64,000 bases of DNA from NCBI GenBank assembly GCA_045597705.1, contig JAZLKR010000040.1:7409-71408 (forward strand), in the 5' to 3' direction. Below are positions 39,144-48,391 of the stretch, piece by piece; the first letter of the stretch is position 1, and every line of letters begins with the position of its first letter. A program made the translations under genes and the position numbers. Below the pieces are notes generated by a model. It was not told where the DNA came from. It saw only the letters and a program-made list of their open reading frames with translations, and did no database searches. Origin of the DNA: Acetatifactor sp. (GTDB taxonomy: Bacteria; Bacillota; Clostridia; Lachnospirales; Lachnospiraceae).

Positions 39144-39965
39144 CTACAGTCCCAGACGATTCTGAACATACTTGAGACTTTCGATGTATTCCTCATCGGA
39201 GTGCAGGTGCTCGATAATCAGGGGCATGTCGGGAGACTGTTCGGTAGCAAGCTCTGCGTAATGCTCGATGGGAAGCTCGCCCTGACCGCAGGGGCATTCC
39301 TGAAGCTGGAAGGTATATTCGGGGCGAAGGTGAATGTCCTTTAAATGGCAACTCAGAATTTTATCGCCCAGAAGCTCGAAACAGGTATCCAGGAAGCCTT
39401 CCATATCGAAGTAGCGCTGAGGACAGTTGATCATATTCACGATGTCAAGGTGGACACCGACGCAGTCGCGGTCGATATCCTCGAGCAGTCCCAGGTATTC
39501 CTCGGGACCTGAAGGGTACATCCAGGGCATGGGCTCCAGAGAGTACTGTGTGTTGGTGGGCTTTACCGCATCCACGATTTCCTGCACGGAAGCCACTGTG
39601 CGATCCCAGGCATCCTGTGAGAAGTTTGCCTTGTGAGGGCCGTCCCAGACAGGACCTGCAGCGGCGCCGGCTATATTGACGCAGCAGCGTGCGCCGACTC
39701 TGTCAGCCATACGAAGCTGGCCGATGGCATACTCGATTGCCTCTTTGCGTTCTGCCTCATCAGTGGCGATGACATTCTTCCAGACGCCGACCTCAGCGAT
39801 CACCAGACCATATTTCTTAGCGGCAGCAGCGTAGGCATCAATCACTTCCTCGCCTGCCAGATAGTTTACGGGAAATACAACTGCCTGACAGCCCAGGTCA
39901 GCCTGTGTCTTAGCCCAATCCTCGGGGCTTTCGTGGCGCATTGTAGTACATAATCCAAGTCTCAT
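39144..39965 (-). CDS. Sugar phosphate isomerase/epimerase (xylose-isomerase-like TIM barrel)
   Basis: LEP, HLDIVN, CHLKD, GQG, IEH metal-ligand pattern. Confidence 0.85.
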   Translation of the reverse strand: MRLGLCTTMRHESPEDWAKTQADLGCQAVVFPVNYLAGEEVIDAYAAAAKKYGLVIAEVGVWKNVIATDEAERKEAIEYAIGQLRMADRVGARCCVNIAGAAAGPVWDGPHKANFSQDAWDRTVASVQEIVDAVKPTNTQYSLEPMPWMYPSGPEEYLGLLEDIDRDCVGVHLDIVNMINCPQRYFDMEGFLDTCFELLGDKILSCHLKDIHLRPEYTFQLQECPCGQGELPIEHYAELATEQSPDMPLIIEHLHSDEEYIESLKYVQNRLGL

Positions 39966-39978
39966 CAGGTTTTCCTCC

Positions 39979-40869
39979 TTAGAAATCTCTGCGATGAATT
40001 ACGGTAGGGTCGATGGAAGCAACGGTAGCGGAGCCGGTTCTTGCCATACAAGCGGCGAGCTGGCAGTTCATTTCCTTGTACTTCTCTACAACGCCCTTGC
40101 TTCCGTCCTTTAAGGGACCCATGAAAGCACGGCCAACGCCGACGGCATCAGCACCCAGTGCCAGAGCCTTGAAGACATCGAAACCGCTCTCGATATCGCA
40201 GTCCACGAAAATCTTCACATCGTCGCCTACTGCCTTTTTGATTTCGGGAAGCATGAGAAGAGGGGGAACCATGCAGCTCATGATATTGTGATGGTGAGAG
40301 AGGAGAATACCCTTCACACCTGCCTTTACGCATTTTTCTGCATCTGCAACGCTGAGGACACCCTTGATAAAGAAGGGAACAGGGGAAGCCTCTACGAACG
40401 CTTTGATCTGCTCGAAGGACTTGGGTCTCATATCCAGACCCAGGACATTATCATAACCGCCGTTCCAGGAGAAGGAGTGGTCGATGTCCATACCCATCGC
40501 AAAAACGCCTGCCTTGGCAGCATGCTCGATTCTGCGGAACACTTCCTTGTCATCTGCATGGGGCTTGATAATCTTTACGGTGTCAGCGCCGGTGGCGATG
40601 ATGGATTCCAGTTCCTCGTCGGAGCCCATGCCGTACCAGTGCATGGCATTCATTTCCTTGGCAGCTCTTCCGAACTCGCACATGGCGTCGTCACAGATGT
40701 TGTGGAGATGGGAGAGGGCAGCAGTCATAATGGGAGTGTCAAAGGTCTTGCCGAACAGGTCTACCTTCAGGGAAGGAAGGTCGGAATCAATATATCTAGG
40801 CTCAATCATCAGGGAGTTGAAATAGTCTCTGGTGATATCATCAGAATTTGTCGAATAATTAACAGACAT
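39979..40869 (-). CDS. FMN-dependent alpha-hydroxy-acid dehydrogenase family protein
   Basis: TPIMTA, PFFIKGVLS..DA, KALALGADAVGVGR motifs. Confidence 0.85.
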   Translation of the reverse strand: MSVNYSTNSDDITRDYFNSLMIEPRYIDSDLPSLKVDLFGKTFDTPIMTAALSHLHNICDDAMCEFGRAAKEMNAMHWYGMGSDEELESIIATGADTVKIIKPHADDKEVFRRIEHAAKAGVFAMGMDIDHSFSWNGGYDNVLGLDMRPKSFEQIKAFVEASPVPFFIKGVLSVADAEKCVKAGVKGILLSHHHNIMSCMVPPLLMLPEIKKAVGDDVKIFVDCDIESGFDVFKALALGADAVGVGRAFMGPLKDGSKGVVEKYKEMNCQLAACMARTGSATVASIDPTVIHRRDF

Positions 40870-41074
40870 GAGAGAATCTCCTTTCCTATTTATCTTCTGA
40901 TTTAACAATACCTCTTTCCGCACTTAAGGTAAATGTTCTATTTTGTCAATTAAAAGGAAAGAACAGAAAAAGACAGAATACTACAGAAAAATATAGATAT
41001 TCACAACAAAAAATGATAAGATTAAACTGGTTGGATGAAAATCCGCCCCCCAAACCATGCTAAGGAGGCAGCAA

Positions 41075-42061
41075 ATGAATCCGTTATCATTAATTTCATT
41101 ATGTAAAGGCCATAAGGTTTATATTCAGACTCACAACTTCCCCGACCCGGATGCAATTTCCTCCGCCTTCGGTCTGCAGAAGTTATTGGAGCATTATGAT
41201 ATTCAGTCCACAATCTGCCACGAGGGTCAGATTGACAAGCTTTCCTCCATCAAGCTTCGACAGAAGTGCAATATTGAGATTTTCCCTTATGAAGAGATTA
41301 AGGATCAGATGAGCGAGGATGACAAGATTATCCTGGTAGACTGTCAGAAGAACAACGGCAATACCACCGACTTTGTGGGCGACGAGTTCGCGTCCATCGA
41401 CCATCATCCTACCTTTAAGCAGGTGGAGTATCAGTACAAGGACCTGCGCATTACCGGTGCCTGCGCCAGCATTATTGCGGATTACTACAGAGATTTGCAT
41501 GTGCCCCCTACAGTGGAGGTTGCAACTGCACTGCTGTACGGCCTGAGAATGGATACCTTCCAGTTCTCCCGAGGCGTAACCGCATTTGATATCGAGATGT
41601 TTGCTTACCTGTTTGAGTATGCGGACAACCAGCTGCTGACTGCACTGGAGAGTAATAATCTGGAGTTTAATGACCTGAAGGCTTACGGTGCATCCATCGA
41701 CAGCATCATGATTCACGGCAAGGTAGGCTTCTCCTGCATCGATTTCTACTGTCCCGACGGATTGGTTGCCAGCCTTTCCGATTTCATCCTGTCTCTGGCA
41801 GAGGTTGAGGTTGCGGTTGTATTCTCTCTGCGCAAGAACGGCTACAAGTTCTCCGTTCGCTCCGAGCGTGATGATGTGCATGCAGGCAATCTGACCAACC
41901 AGGCAATCGGAACCATCGGAAACGGCGGCGGACATGCGGAGATGGCAGGCGGTTTTGTGCTGACAGAGAAGATGGAAGAGCTGGGATCCGATACCATGAA
42001 TGTAGTTCGTGAATTGTTCCTGGGAGTGCTGCAGGAGACCTGTCCTGCGGTTTTGAAATAG
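41075..42061 (+). CDS. DHH/DHHA1 phosphoesterase (NrnA/GdpP-like)
   Basis: HNFPDPDA, LVD, IDHH, SVRS, GGGHAEMAGG motifs. Confidence 0.9.
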   Translation: MNPLSLISLCKGHKVYIQTHNFPDPDAISSAFGLQKLLEHYDIQSTICHEGQIDKLSSIKLRQKCNIEIFPYEEIKDQMSEDDKIILVDCQKNNGNTTDFVGDEFASIDHHPTFKQVEYQYKDLRITGACASIIADYYRDLHVPPTVEVATALLYGLRMDTFQFSRGVTAFDIEMFAYLFEYADNQLLTALESNNLEFNDLKAYGASIDSIMIHGKVGFSCIDFYCPDGLVASLSDFILSLAEVEVAVVFSLRKNGYKFSVRSERDDVHAGNLTNQAIGTIGNGGGHAEMAGGFVLTEKMEELGSDTMNVVRELFLGVLQETCPAVLK

Positions 42062-42077
42062 GCAGAAATGATTTCAG

Positions 42078-42119
42078 ACATAACAAAAGCGCCTGTATCG
42101 GCGCTTTTGTTATGTTTTT
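42078..42119. terminator. Terminator hairpin after the DHH gene
   Basis: ACATAACAAAAGCGCC-tgtatc-GGCGCTTTTGTTATGT. Confidence 0.8.
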
Positions 42120-42149
42120 ATATATAAGGATTTATGAAAAAGAAAACTC

Positions 42150-42258
42150 ATTAAAAGGGAGGATGCCAAGAAGCTTTTGCTTCTTGGCATTTATTACGAA
42201 AAAGTTTATTTAGTTATGAGATTAACTGCTTATGGCTTCTTCTTTGTTTCTTTCTATG
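42150..42258 (-). ncRNA. Putative small RNA (unverified)
   Basis: Minus-strand TATACT -10 at 42264-42269, perfect 12-bp hairpin ATGCCAAGAAGC/GCTTCTTGGCAT, then CCTCCC and a T-tract. No convincing ORF. Confidence 0.35.
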
Positions 42259-42415
42259 CTTTTAGTATATACACAGAAAATGTATAAAAATTGTTTGCTA
42301 ATTTAACATTATGAAAATAGATTATGAACAAAATATGAACAGCCCCGGGCAAAATTAAACTGCACCTGTTGTATTCCATCCAGGTGCAGTTGTTCATGCT
42401 TTCTGTTCTGACAGA

Positions 42416-42949
42416 CTAGCGCTCGTTCAATTTGTTGGGCTCGGGATAGGTCTCACCGAAGGTGTCAACGGTAACAGAAACAATTTTCTGCTCCTCAAAG
42501 GGCTTGTCTGACCAGGGATTGGTTCTGCAGCAAGCGATCTTGTTGACAACATCCTGACCCTCGATTACCTTGCCGAAGGCTGCGTAGCTGCCGTCAAGGT
42601 GGGGTGAGGTCTGGTGCATGATGAAGAACTGGCTGCCTGCGGAGTCGGGATGCTGCGCTCTTGCCATGGAGAGAACGCCCTCGGTGTGCTTCAGGTCATT
42701 CTTGAAGCCGTTCATAGCGAACTCACCCTTGATGGAGTAGCCGGGGCCGCCCATGCCGGTTCCGTCGGGGCATCCGCCCTGGATCATGAAACCTTTAATA
42801 ACACGGTGGAAAATCAGTCCGTCATAGAATTTCTTGTTGATCAGGCTGATGAAATTGTTTACGGATTCAGGTGCGATTTCGGGATATAGCTCTGCTTTAA
42901 TCACTGCACCGTCGTTTACGGTAAATGTTACGATAGGATTTTTAGCCAT
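42416..42949 (-). CDS. ppiB: Cyclophilin-type peptidyl-prolyl cis-trans isomerase
   Basis: FHRVIKGFMIQGG, LSMAR, AGSQFFI, HLDG.YAAFGKV motifs. Confidence 0.93.
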   Translation of the reverse strand: MAKNPIVTFTVNDGAVIKAELYPEIAPESVNNFISLINKKFYDGLIFHRVIKGFMIQGGCPDGTGMGGPGYSIKGEFAMNGFKNDLKHTEGVLSMARAQHPDSAGSQFFIMHQTSPHLDGSYAAFGKVIEGQDVVNKIACCRTNPWSDKPFEEQKIVSVTVDTFGETYPEPNKLNER

Positions 42950-43034
42950 TGTTTCTTTCCTTTCAGGTGAAAATGCATTACACTGACATTGTATCTCAAA
43001 ACAGATAGACCGTAAAGAGGAAAGATGTCAATCG

Positions 43035-43793
43035 ATGGGTTATTTCAGAAAGTACGAATTTCAGAATAAGGAACTGACAGGGACGGTGTATGTCACCGAC
43101 GAACGGGAGCGGGCGCTGGAGCTGAAGCAGGCCGGTGAGGCAGTGATTATATGGCTTCATGAAGAAAATCGCGGAGAAGACTTTTTCGGTTTTCCCTATG
43201 CCGTGGAGTCGGTGGAGGATTTGGATGAGCAGTATCTGGAGCGGGTTTACCGTCGCTTTCAGGGACTGCCCTGGAGGATTCTGGAAACAGAGCGACTCCT
43301 GGTCAGAGAGTCTGTGCCGGAGGATGCGGCGGAGTTTGTCAGAATCTACGAGGATGCGGAAGCAGCCAGATTTCTGGCAGACTGCAAGGAAACAGTGGAG
43401 GAAGAGCAGGAATATTTGAGACAGTACGCCGAGAATATGTACGGCTTCTATGAGTATGGCATCTGGACCGTGCTTGAGAAGGCAAGCGGACGGATTGTGG
43501 GCAGAGCCGGCCTTTCCATGTGGGAGGAGTCCGAAGTGCCGGAGCTCGGCTTTGTTATTGCGAAGGAGAAACGCGGGCAGGGTCTGGCCCTTGAGGTGTG
43601 CGGTGCCATTGTAAAATATGCTTTTGAAGAACTGTATTTAGACGAGCTGGCGGTTGTGGCGGAAACAGAAAACCCCGCCTCCCTTGCCCTGTGCAGGAAG
43701 CTGGGCTTTCGGGAAGACGGGGAATTGGTTCGTGACGGGAAGAGGTGCTTGCGCTTCGTGACTAACGATCCCACTTGTCGCAGAGAGCATTGA
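43035..43793 (+). CDS. GNAT N-acetyltransferase (RimJ/RimL-type) with N-terminal extension
   Basis: LETERLLVR, ELGFVI, RGQGLA, NPASLALCRKLGF motifs. Confidence 0.85.
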   Translation: MGYFRKYEFQNKELTGTVYVTDERERALELKQAGEAVIIWLHEENRGEDFFGFPYAVESVEDLDEQYLERVYRRFQGLPWRILETERLLVRESVPEDAAEFVRIYEDAEAARFLADCKETVEEEQEYLRQYAENMYGFYEYGIWTVLEKASGRIVGRAGLSMWEESEVPELGFVIAKEKRGQGLALEVCGAIVKYAFEELYLDELAVVAETENPASLALCRKLGFREDGELVRDGKRCLRFVTNDPTCRREH

Positions 43794-45372
43794 TCTGGTC
43801 TGCAAACTTGGCGAGATCCTTGTTGGCGCCGCCCTCGTTGTGGGAGATAACCACCATCAGGCGCTGACCGGCAGCCAGCAGTCTTGCGAAGACACCCTGT
43901 GCCTTCCTGGCGGGAGCAGATGCAGCGGACTCTACGGGAACGCCCTTGGTCTGAGCAATCCATTCACCCTTAATCAGGTCAAATTCGGCACCGCTGTAAG
44001 GTGCTGTGGCAGGGCGGCCGGTTCTCTCGGTTACCGCTGCGGCAAAGATATCGGTGACGGCGTCATCACCGTGAACGATGAAGTAGTGGGCGGGCTTTTC
44101 CTCGAAGGCGTCTGCCCAGGTGAGCAGACCTTCCATATCGGCGTGACCGCTCATGCCCTCCATCTGCTCGATGTGGGCGCGAACCTCGATGGATTCGCCG
44201 AAGAGCTTGACATCGGGAACACCGTCTGTGAGGGCGCGGCCTAATGTGCCGATGGCCTGGAAGCCTGCGAATACAACAGAGCATTCGGGGCGCCACAGAT
44301 TGTGCTTTAAATGATGGCGGATACGGCCTGCATCACACATGCCGGAAGCGGAGATGATAACCTTGGGCTTCTGGTCAAAGTTGATGGCAATGGACTCATC
44401 ACTGGAGACTGCCAGCTTAAGGCCGGGGAAGTAGATGGGGTTGATTCCCTGTCTTACAAGCGCCTGAGTGGCATCATCGTAGCACTCCAGCTGATTATCC
44501 TTGAATACATGGGTAGCCTCAACTGCCATGGGGCTGTCGATATAAACCTCGAAATCATCGTGTCCTGTGACAAGATGATTTTCTTTGATCTGGCGGAAGA
44601 AATACAGAAGCTCCTGGGTACGGCCCACTGCGAAGGCAGGGATGACTACATTACCGCCGCGGGCCAGGGTTTCCTGCACGATGCGGGTGAGCTCCTGCAG
44701 ATGATTGCCTGTGCCTGTGGAGGTATGCAGGCGGTCGCCGTAGGTGGACTCCATAATGACATAATCGGCGCTCTTGGTATACTGAGGGTCGCGAATGAGA
44801 GGCTTGTTTTTGTTTCCGATATCACCGGAGAAAACAAGCTTTTTTTCTGTGCCGTTTTCGGTAAGCCAGACCTCAATGGAGGCTGAGCCCAGAAGGTGGC
44901 CGACATCGGTGAAGCGAACGGTGACATTATCGGTTAACTTAAGTACATTGCCGTAATCAACGGGAACGAAGTGCTCCAGCACGCCCATGGCATCATTCAT
45001 GTCGTACAGGGGAGTGGTCTCGCTGTAGCCGCCTCGTTTTGCCTTACGGTTTTTCCATTCTGCCTCGGATTCCTGAATGTGGGCACTGTCCTTCAGCATG
45101 ATATTACAGAGGTCGCAGGTGGCTCTGGTGGCGATGACACTGCCGCGGGAGCCTCGCGCATACAGCAAAGGAAGCAGTCCGGTGTGGTCGACATGAGCAT
45201 GGGTCAGGAGTACATAATCGATTTCTGCGTAGGACACGGGAATCGGCACGTTTTCGTACAGGTTCTTACCCTGTTCCATACCGAAATCAACTAAAAGCTT
45301 GGTGTCTCCGGCCTCCACATAGTGGCAGCTGCCGGTAACCTCATGGTCTGCACCGCTAAAAAATAAACGCAT
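43762..45372 (-). CDS. MBL-fold beta-CASP ribonuclease (Ysh1/TTHA0252-like)
   Basis: VTGSC, THAHVDH, GHLLGS, SGD, MESTYG, FAVGRTQ, ASGM, SGHAD motifs. Confidence 0.93.
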   Translation of the reverse strand: MRLFFSGADHEVTGSCHYVEAGDTKLLVDFGMEQGKNLYENVPIPVSYAEIDYVLLTHAHVDHTGLLPLLYARGSRGSVIATRATCDLCNIMLKDSAHIQESEAEWKNRKAKRGGYSETTPLYDMNDAMGVLEHFVPVDYGNVLKLTDNVTVRFTDVGHLLGSASIEVWLTENGTEKKLVFSGDIGNKNKPLIRDPQYTKSADYVIMESTYGDRLHTSTGTGNHLQELTRIVQETLARGGNVVIPAFAVGRTQELLYFFRQIKENHLVTGHDDFEVYIDSPMAVEATHVFKDNQLECYDDATQALVRQGINPIYFPGLKLAVSSDESIAINFDQKPKVIISASGMCDAGRIRHHLKHNLWRPECSVVFAGFQAIGTLGRALTDGVPDVKLFGESIEVRAHIEQMEGMSGHADMEGLLTWADAFEEKPAHYFIVHGDDAVTDIFAAAVTERTGRPATAPYSGAEFDLIKGEWIAQTKGVPVESAASAPARKAQGVFARLLAAGQRLMVVISHNEGGANKDLAKFADQINALCDKWDR

Positions 45373-45501
45373 AGGGAAGTCTCCTCTCGTTTGTTGTTGT
45401 GGATTATTCTAAGTTACTTTTATTATATCATATTTTTGATTTTCGGAAGAATGGGAAACAGAAAAAGACAAAATAATACATGCCAAAAACAAATACTACA
45501 A

Positions 45502-45545
45502 TTGTGAGAAGGAATCGTGTATGATATATTGTATAACGATTAACC
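45502..45545 (+). promoter_or_regulatory. Promoter of the GH27 gene with a possible LacI-type operator
   Basis: TTGTGA-17bp-TATATT with TG extension, followed by GTATAACGATTAAC with a central CG. Confidence 0.4.
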
Positions 45546-45574
45546 GACACTCTGCATAAAGGAGAATGACAGGA

Positions 45575-47359
45575 ATGAATACAGATTTGACAAAACCTCA
45601 GGCACTGAAAAGTGATGCCTACAGATATGATGCCTTCGCAAGCGGCGAAGTGCTGTTGAATAAGAAGAAAAATCATCTGCCCCCCATGGGCTGGAACAGC
45701 TGGAATGCCTTCGGCAGCGGCAACACGGAAGCGCTGACCAAGGCAATGGCTGACAAGATTGTGGAGCTGGGACTGGACAAGCTGGGCTACAGCTATGTGG
45801 TTCTGGATGACGGCTGCTACAAGCAGGAGCGTGTGGACGGACTGCTTTCCAACGAGGAGGTGAAGTTCCCCTCCGGTTTCAAGGCGCTTTCCGATTATGT
45901 GCATTCCAAGGGCTTAAAGTACGGTATGTACAATGACATCGGTACCAATCTCTGTGCCGGTGCGGCTGTGGGAACCTGCGGACATGAGAGACAGGACGCT
46001 CAGTCCTATGTGGACTGGGGCTGTGATTTCCTGAAGGTGGACAACTGCTATTACCTTTGGGACAATGCAACCTTCTCCGATGCCACCAATGCAAAATATG
46101 TCTATGCTCCCAACATTAAGGGTGTGAAGGTAACCGGCGAGAATTTTGAGAAGAGCTTCTGCGCAGTTGCCGACGGCGAGCTTCGCGGTGAGAGAATTGA
46201 AAAGACGGAAGAATATGTAACCTGCATCGGTACCTTCGACGGAACCGGCCCCGGCCCTTCTCCTGTGGGACCCAGAAGCGGCGAGCTTGTATTCCGGGTA
46301 GAGGTACCTGCTGACGGAAAATATGACATTTGTGTCAACTATGCTTCCGGTGAGGAAGAGGGCGTAGGCAGCTGGCTGCAGGTTGCTGTGGGCGATGCGT
46401 TGTTCTACGATGATTTCCTCCCCGCAACCGAGAGCAAGGAGACCTTCGCTGATTCTCCTGCCATTGCAGTAACCCTGAAGGCAGGCGTGAACGAACTGAG
46501 ACTGATGAACCACAGAAGACAGGAGAACACTCTGAATTCCTATGCGGCTCTGTTGGAGGGATTGAACGAGGCAGATCCCAATCATGATATTATTCTTTCC
46601 ATCTGCGAGTGGGGCAAGACACAGCCGCAGAACTGGGGTTACAAGGTAGGCGACTCCTGGAGAATTCTGAACGATATTACTTTCCGCGTAGGTGCGGACG
46701 GAGATCCCGGTTTCGGAACCTGGGTGGACGGTTATACTCCCAGCGTTACCAGCCAGTACAACAAGGCAGTTATCATGGACGAGTTTGCAGGCTTAAACAA
46801 GGGCTGGAACGACCCCGACATGCTGATGGTCGGCATGAACGGCCTGAATGATACCCAGTATAGAACCCACATGGCAATGTGGTGTATGATGAACTCACCT
46901 CTGATGCTTGGTCTTGACCTTCGCCGCGTGGAGAAGGGCGATGCTCTGTATCAGATTATTGCAAACAAGGGACTGATTGATCTGAACCAGGATGCATTGG
47001 GTATTCAGGCGAAGAGAATTTTCTGTTCCCTGGAGGCTGAGAAGCCCGACACCGAATATGTGACCAACAGAGAGCGTGCGGATATTCTGGCAAAGCCTCT
47101 GGCTGACGGCAGCGTGGCACTTTCCTTTATCAATGTCAGTGAGCAGGCAGCTGCAGGCAAACTGAGCGTGGATGTGCAGAACATTCTTAAGTTTATTGGC
47201 AGCAAGATGGTAAATGCGGATGCATTTGGAGCAGCAAAGAGCTTCAAGGTTACCGACCTTTGGACCGGTGAAGAGACTGTCAACGAAAGCGGTGTGTTTG
47301 CGGTAGAGAGCTTGGAGCCCTGCGCTAACGTTACCGTGAAGGTTTCTGTCAATGCATAA
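45575..47359 (+). CDS. GH27 alpha-galactosidase-like enzyme with an inserted CBM-like domain
   Basis: PPMGWNSWN, LDDG, LKVDNC (nucleophile), ICEWG, SWRILND (acid/base), WNDPDML, SPLMLG motifs. Confidence 0.9.
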   Translation: MNTDLTKPQALKSDAYRYDAFASGEVLLNKKKNHLPPMGWNSWNAFGSGNTEALTKAMADKIVELGLDKLGYSYVVLDDGCYKQERVDGLLSNEEVKFPSGFKALSDYVHSKGLKYGMYNDIGTNLCAGAAVGTCGHERQDAQSYVDWGCDFLKVDNCYYLWDNATFSDATNAKYVYAPNIKGVKVTGENFEKSFCAVADGELRGERIEKTEEYVTCIGTFDGTGPGPSPVGPRSGELVFRVEVPADGKYDICVNYASGEEEGVGSWLQVAVGDALFYDDFLPATESKETFADSPAIAVTLKAGVNELRLMNHRRQENTLNSYAALLEGLNEADPNHDIILSICEWGKTQPQNWGYKVGDSWRILNDITFRVGADGDPGFGTWVDGYTPSVTSQYNKAVIMDEFAGLNKGWNDPDMLMVGMNGLNDTQYRTHMAMWCMMNSPLMLGLDLRRVEKGDALYQIIANKGLIDLNQDALGIQAKRIFCSLEAEKPDTEYVTNRERADILAKPLADGSVALSFINVSEQAAAGKLSVDVQNILKFIGSKMVNADAFGAAKSFKVTDLWTGEETVNESGVFAVESLEPCANVTVKVSVNA

Positions 47360-48098
47360 GGAACAGAATCTGATGACACTGGGCGAATATGTACGGCTGC
47401 TTCTGACGGAAAGCTATCCCATTGATATGAGCTGGCTGGACGAGGAGGGCTGTGTGGAGTACGGCATCGACAAGGGCTGGCTGGAGCCGGGCGATGCCAA
47501 GCTTGCCGCCAAGCCGATTCAGAAGCGCAATCTGGCGAGAATTACCCATGAGTACCTGAAAAAGGAACTGGGAGAGGCCGACGAGGAAGACTGGAGCGCA
47601 GCGGCAGAGCTGAAGGATTTGTATGACTGCCATGTTTGCGTAAACCATGTGGCCCAGATGTATGTGAAGGGCATTATGGATCCTGCGGAAGAGAAGGTTT
47701 TCGGCATGAAGACGCCTGTCAGTAAGGAAGCCGCCGAGGAAACCCTGCAGCGCCTCATGTTCCCCGGCAAGAGAACCCCCAGAAAGCCTGCAGGCAAAAC
47801 TGCGGCAGTGACCTTCCTTTCGAAGGAAGAGGCGCTGAAGCTTTTTGCGGAAATGCCTGAAGCCAGAATGATTGATGTGCGTACCGCGGATGAATTCGCA
47901 GCAGAACATCTGCCCGGTGCGGTGAACCTGCCTATGGCAGCAGTGCTCAAGAATCCCTACAGCGTAGCGGACAGCACAGCTGCTCCCATATTTTTCTATT
48001 GCGAAGAAGGCTATCAATCCACTATCGCAGCAAACTGCGCAGCCGAAGCCGGCTATCAAAACATATATTCCTTCGCAATAAAATCCGAACAAGCCTAA
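47352..48098 (+). CDS. Rhodanese-domain protein with an N-terminal CxxC/SLH-like region
   Basis: IDVRT.DEF...HLPGAVN, active-site loop CEEGYQS, N-terminal DLYDCHVCVNH..QMYVKGIM. Confidence 0.75.
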   Translation: MHKEQNLMTLGEYVRLLLTESYPIDMSWLDEEGCVEYGIDKGWLEPGDAKLAAKPIQKRNLARITHEYLKKELGEADEEDWSAAAELKDLYDCHVCVNHVAQMYVKGIMDPAEEKVFGMKTPVSKEAAEETLQRLMFPGKRTPRKPAGKTAAVTFLSKEEALKLFAEMPEARMIDVRTADEFAAEHLPGAVNLPMAAVLKNPYSVADSTAAPIFFYCEEGYQSTIAANCAAEAGYQNIYSFAIKSEQA

Positions 48099-48106
48099 AA
48101 TAAAAG

Positions 48107-48140
48107 CAGCCACACCCGAAAGGTGTGGCTGAAATTTTTT
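48107..48140 (+). terminator. Rho-independent terminator
   Basis: CAGCCACACC-cgaaa-GGTGTGGCTG then aaatttttt. Confidence 0.7.
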
Positions 48141-48210
48141 AAAACTGCTGGCAAGATTGCTACATTCGCTGTGTAAATATGGTAGGAAAAGAAATTGTCT
48201 CAACCTAAAA

Positions 48211-48370
48211 ATGTGCCCGCTGCATGTTGATGTTCCAGACTTGGACCCTACTCGCCGTCGGTACTTAGTGAGCTGAGAGCGAAGCGAGCAAGCGAACTTA
48301 GTTCCGTTACGAGCGAGTTCGGAGCGAAAGCGTGTCCAAGTTGGAATGTCACATGCAAAGCGAGGCACAT
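48211..48370. repeat. ~160-nt long imperfect inverted-repeat element (REP/MITE-like or structured RNA)
   Basis: Nested complementary arms ATGTGCC/GGCACAT, TGCATG/CATGCA, TTCCA/TGGAA, ACTTGGAC/GTCCAAGT, ACTCGC/GCGAGT, with GAGCGAAGCGAG near the apex. Confidence 0.7.
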
Positions 48371-48391
48371 CAATAAACTTAAGGCATGAAC

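Noticed and set aside
43762-43793. 32-bp convergent overlap of the GNAT and beta-CASP genes
   Set aside because: Short 3' overlaps are common and nothing else suggests a function.
47349-48368. 339-aa minus-strand ORF
   Set aside because: Antisense to the rhodanese gene and begins inside the hairpin element; no protein-like features.
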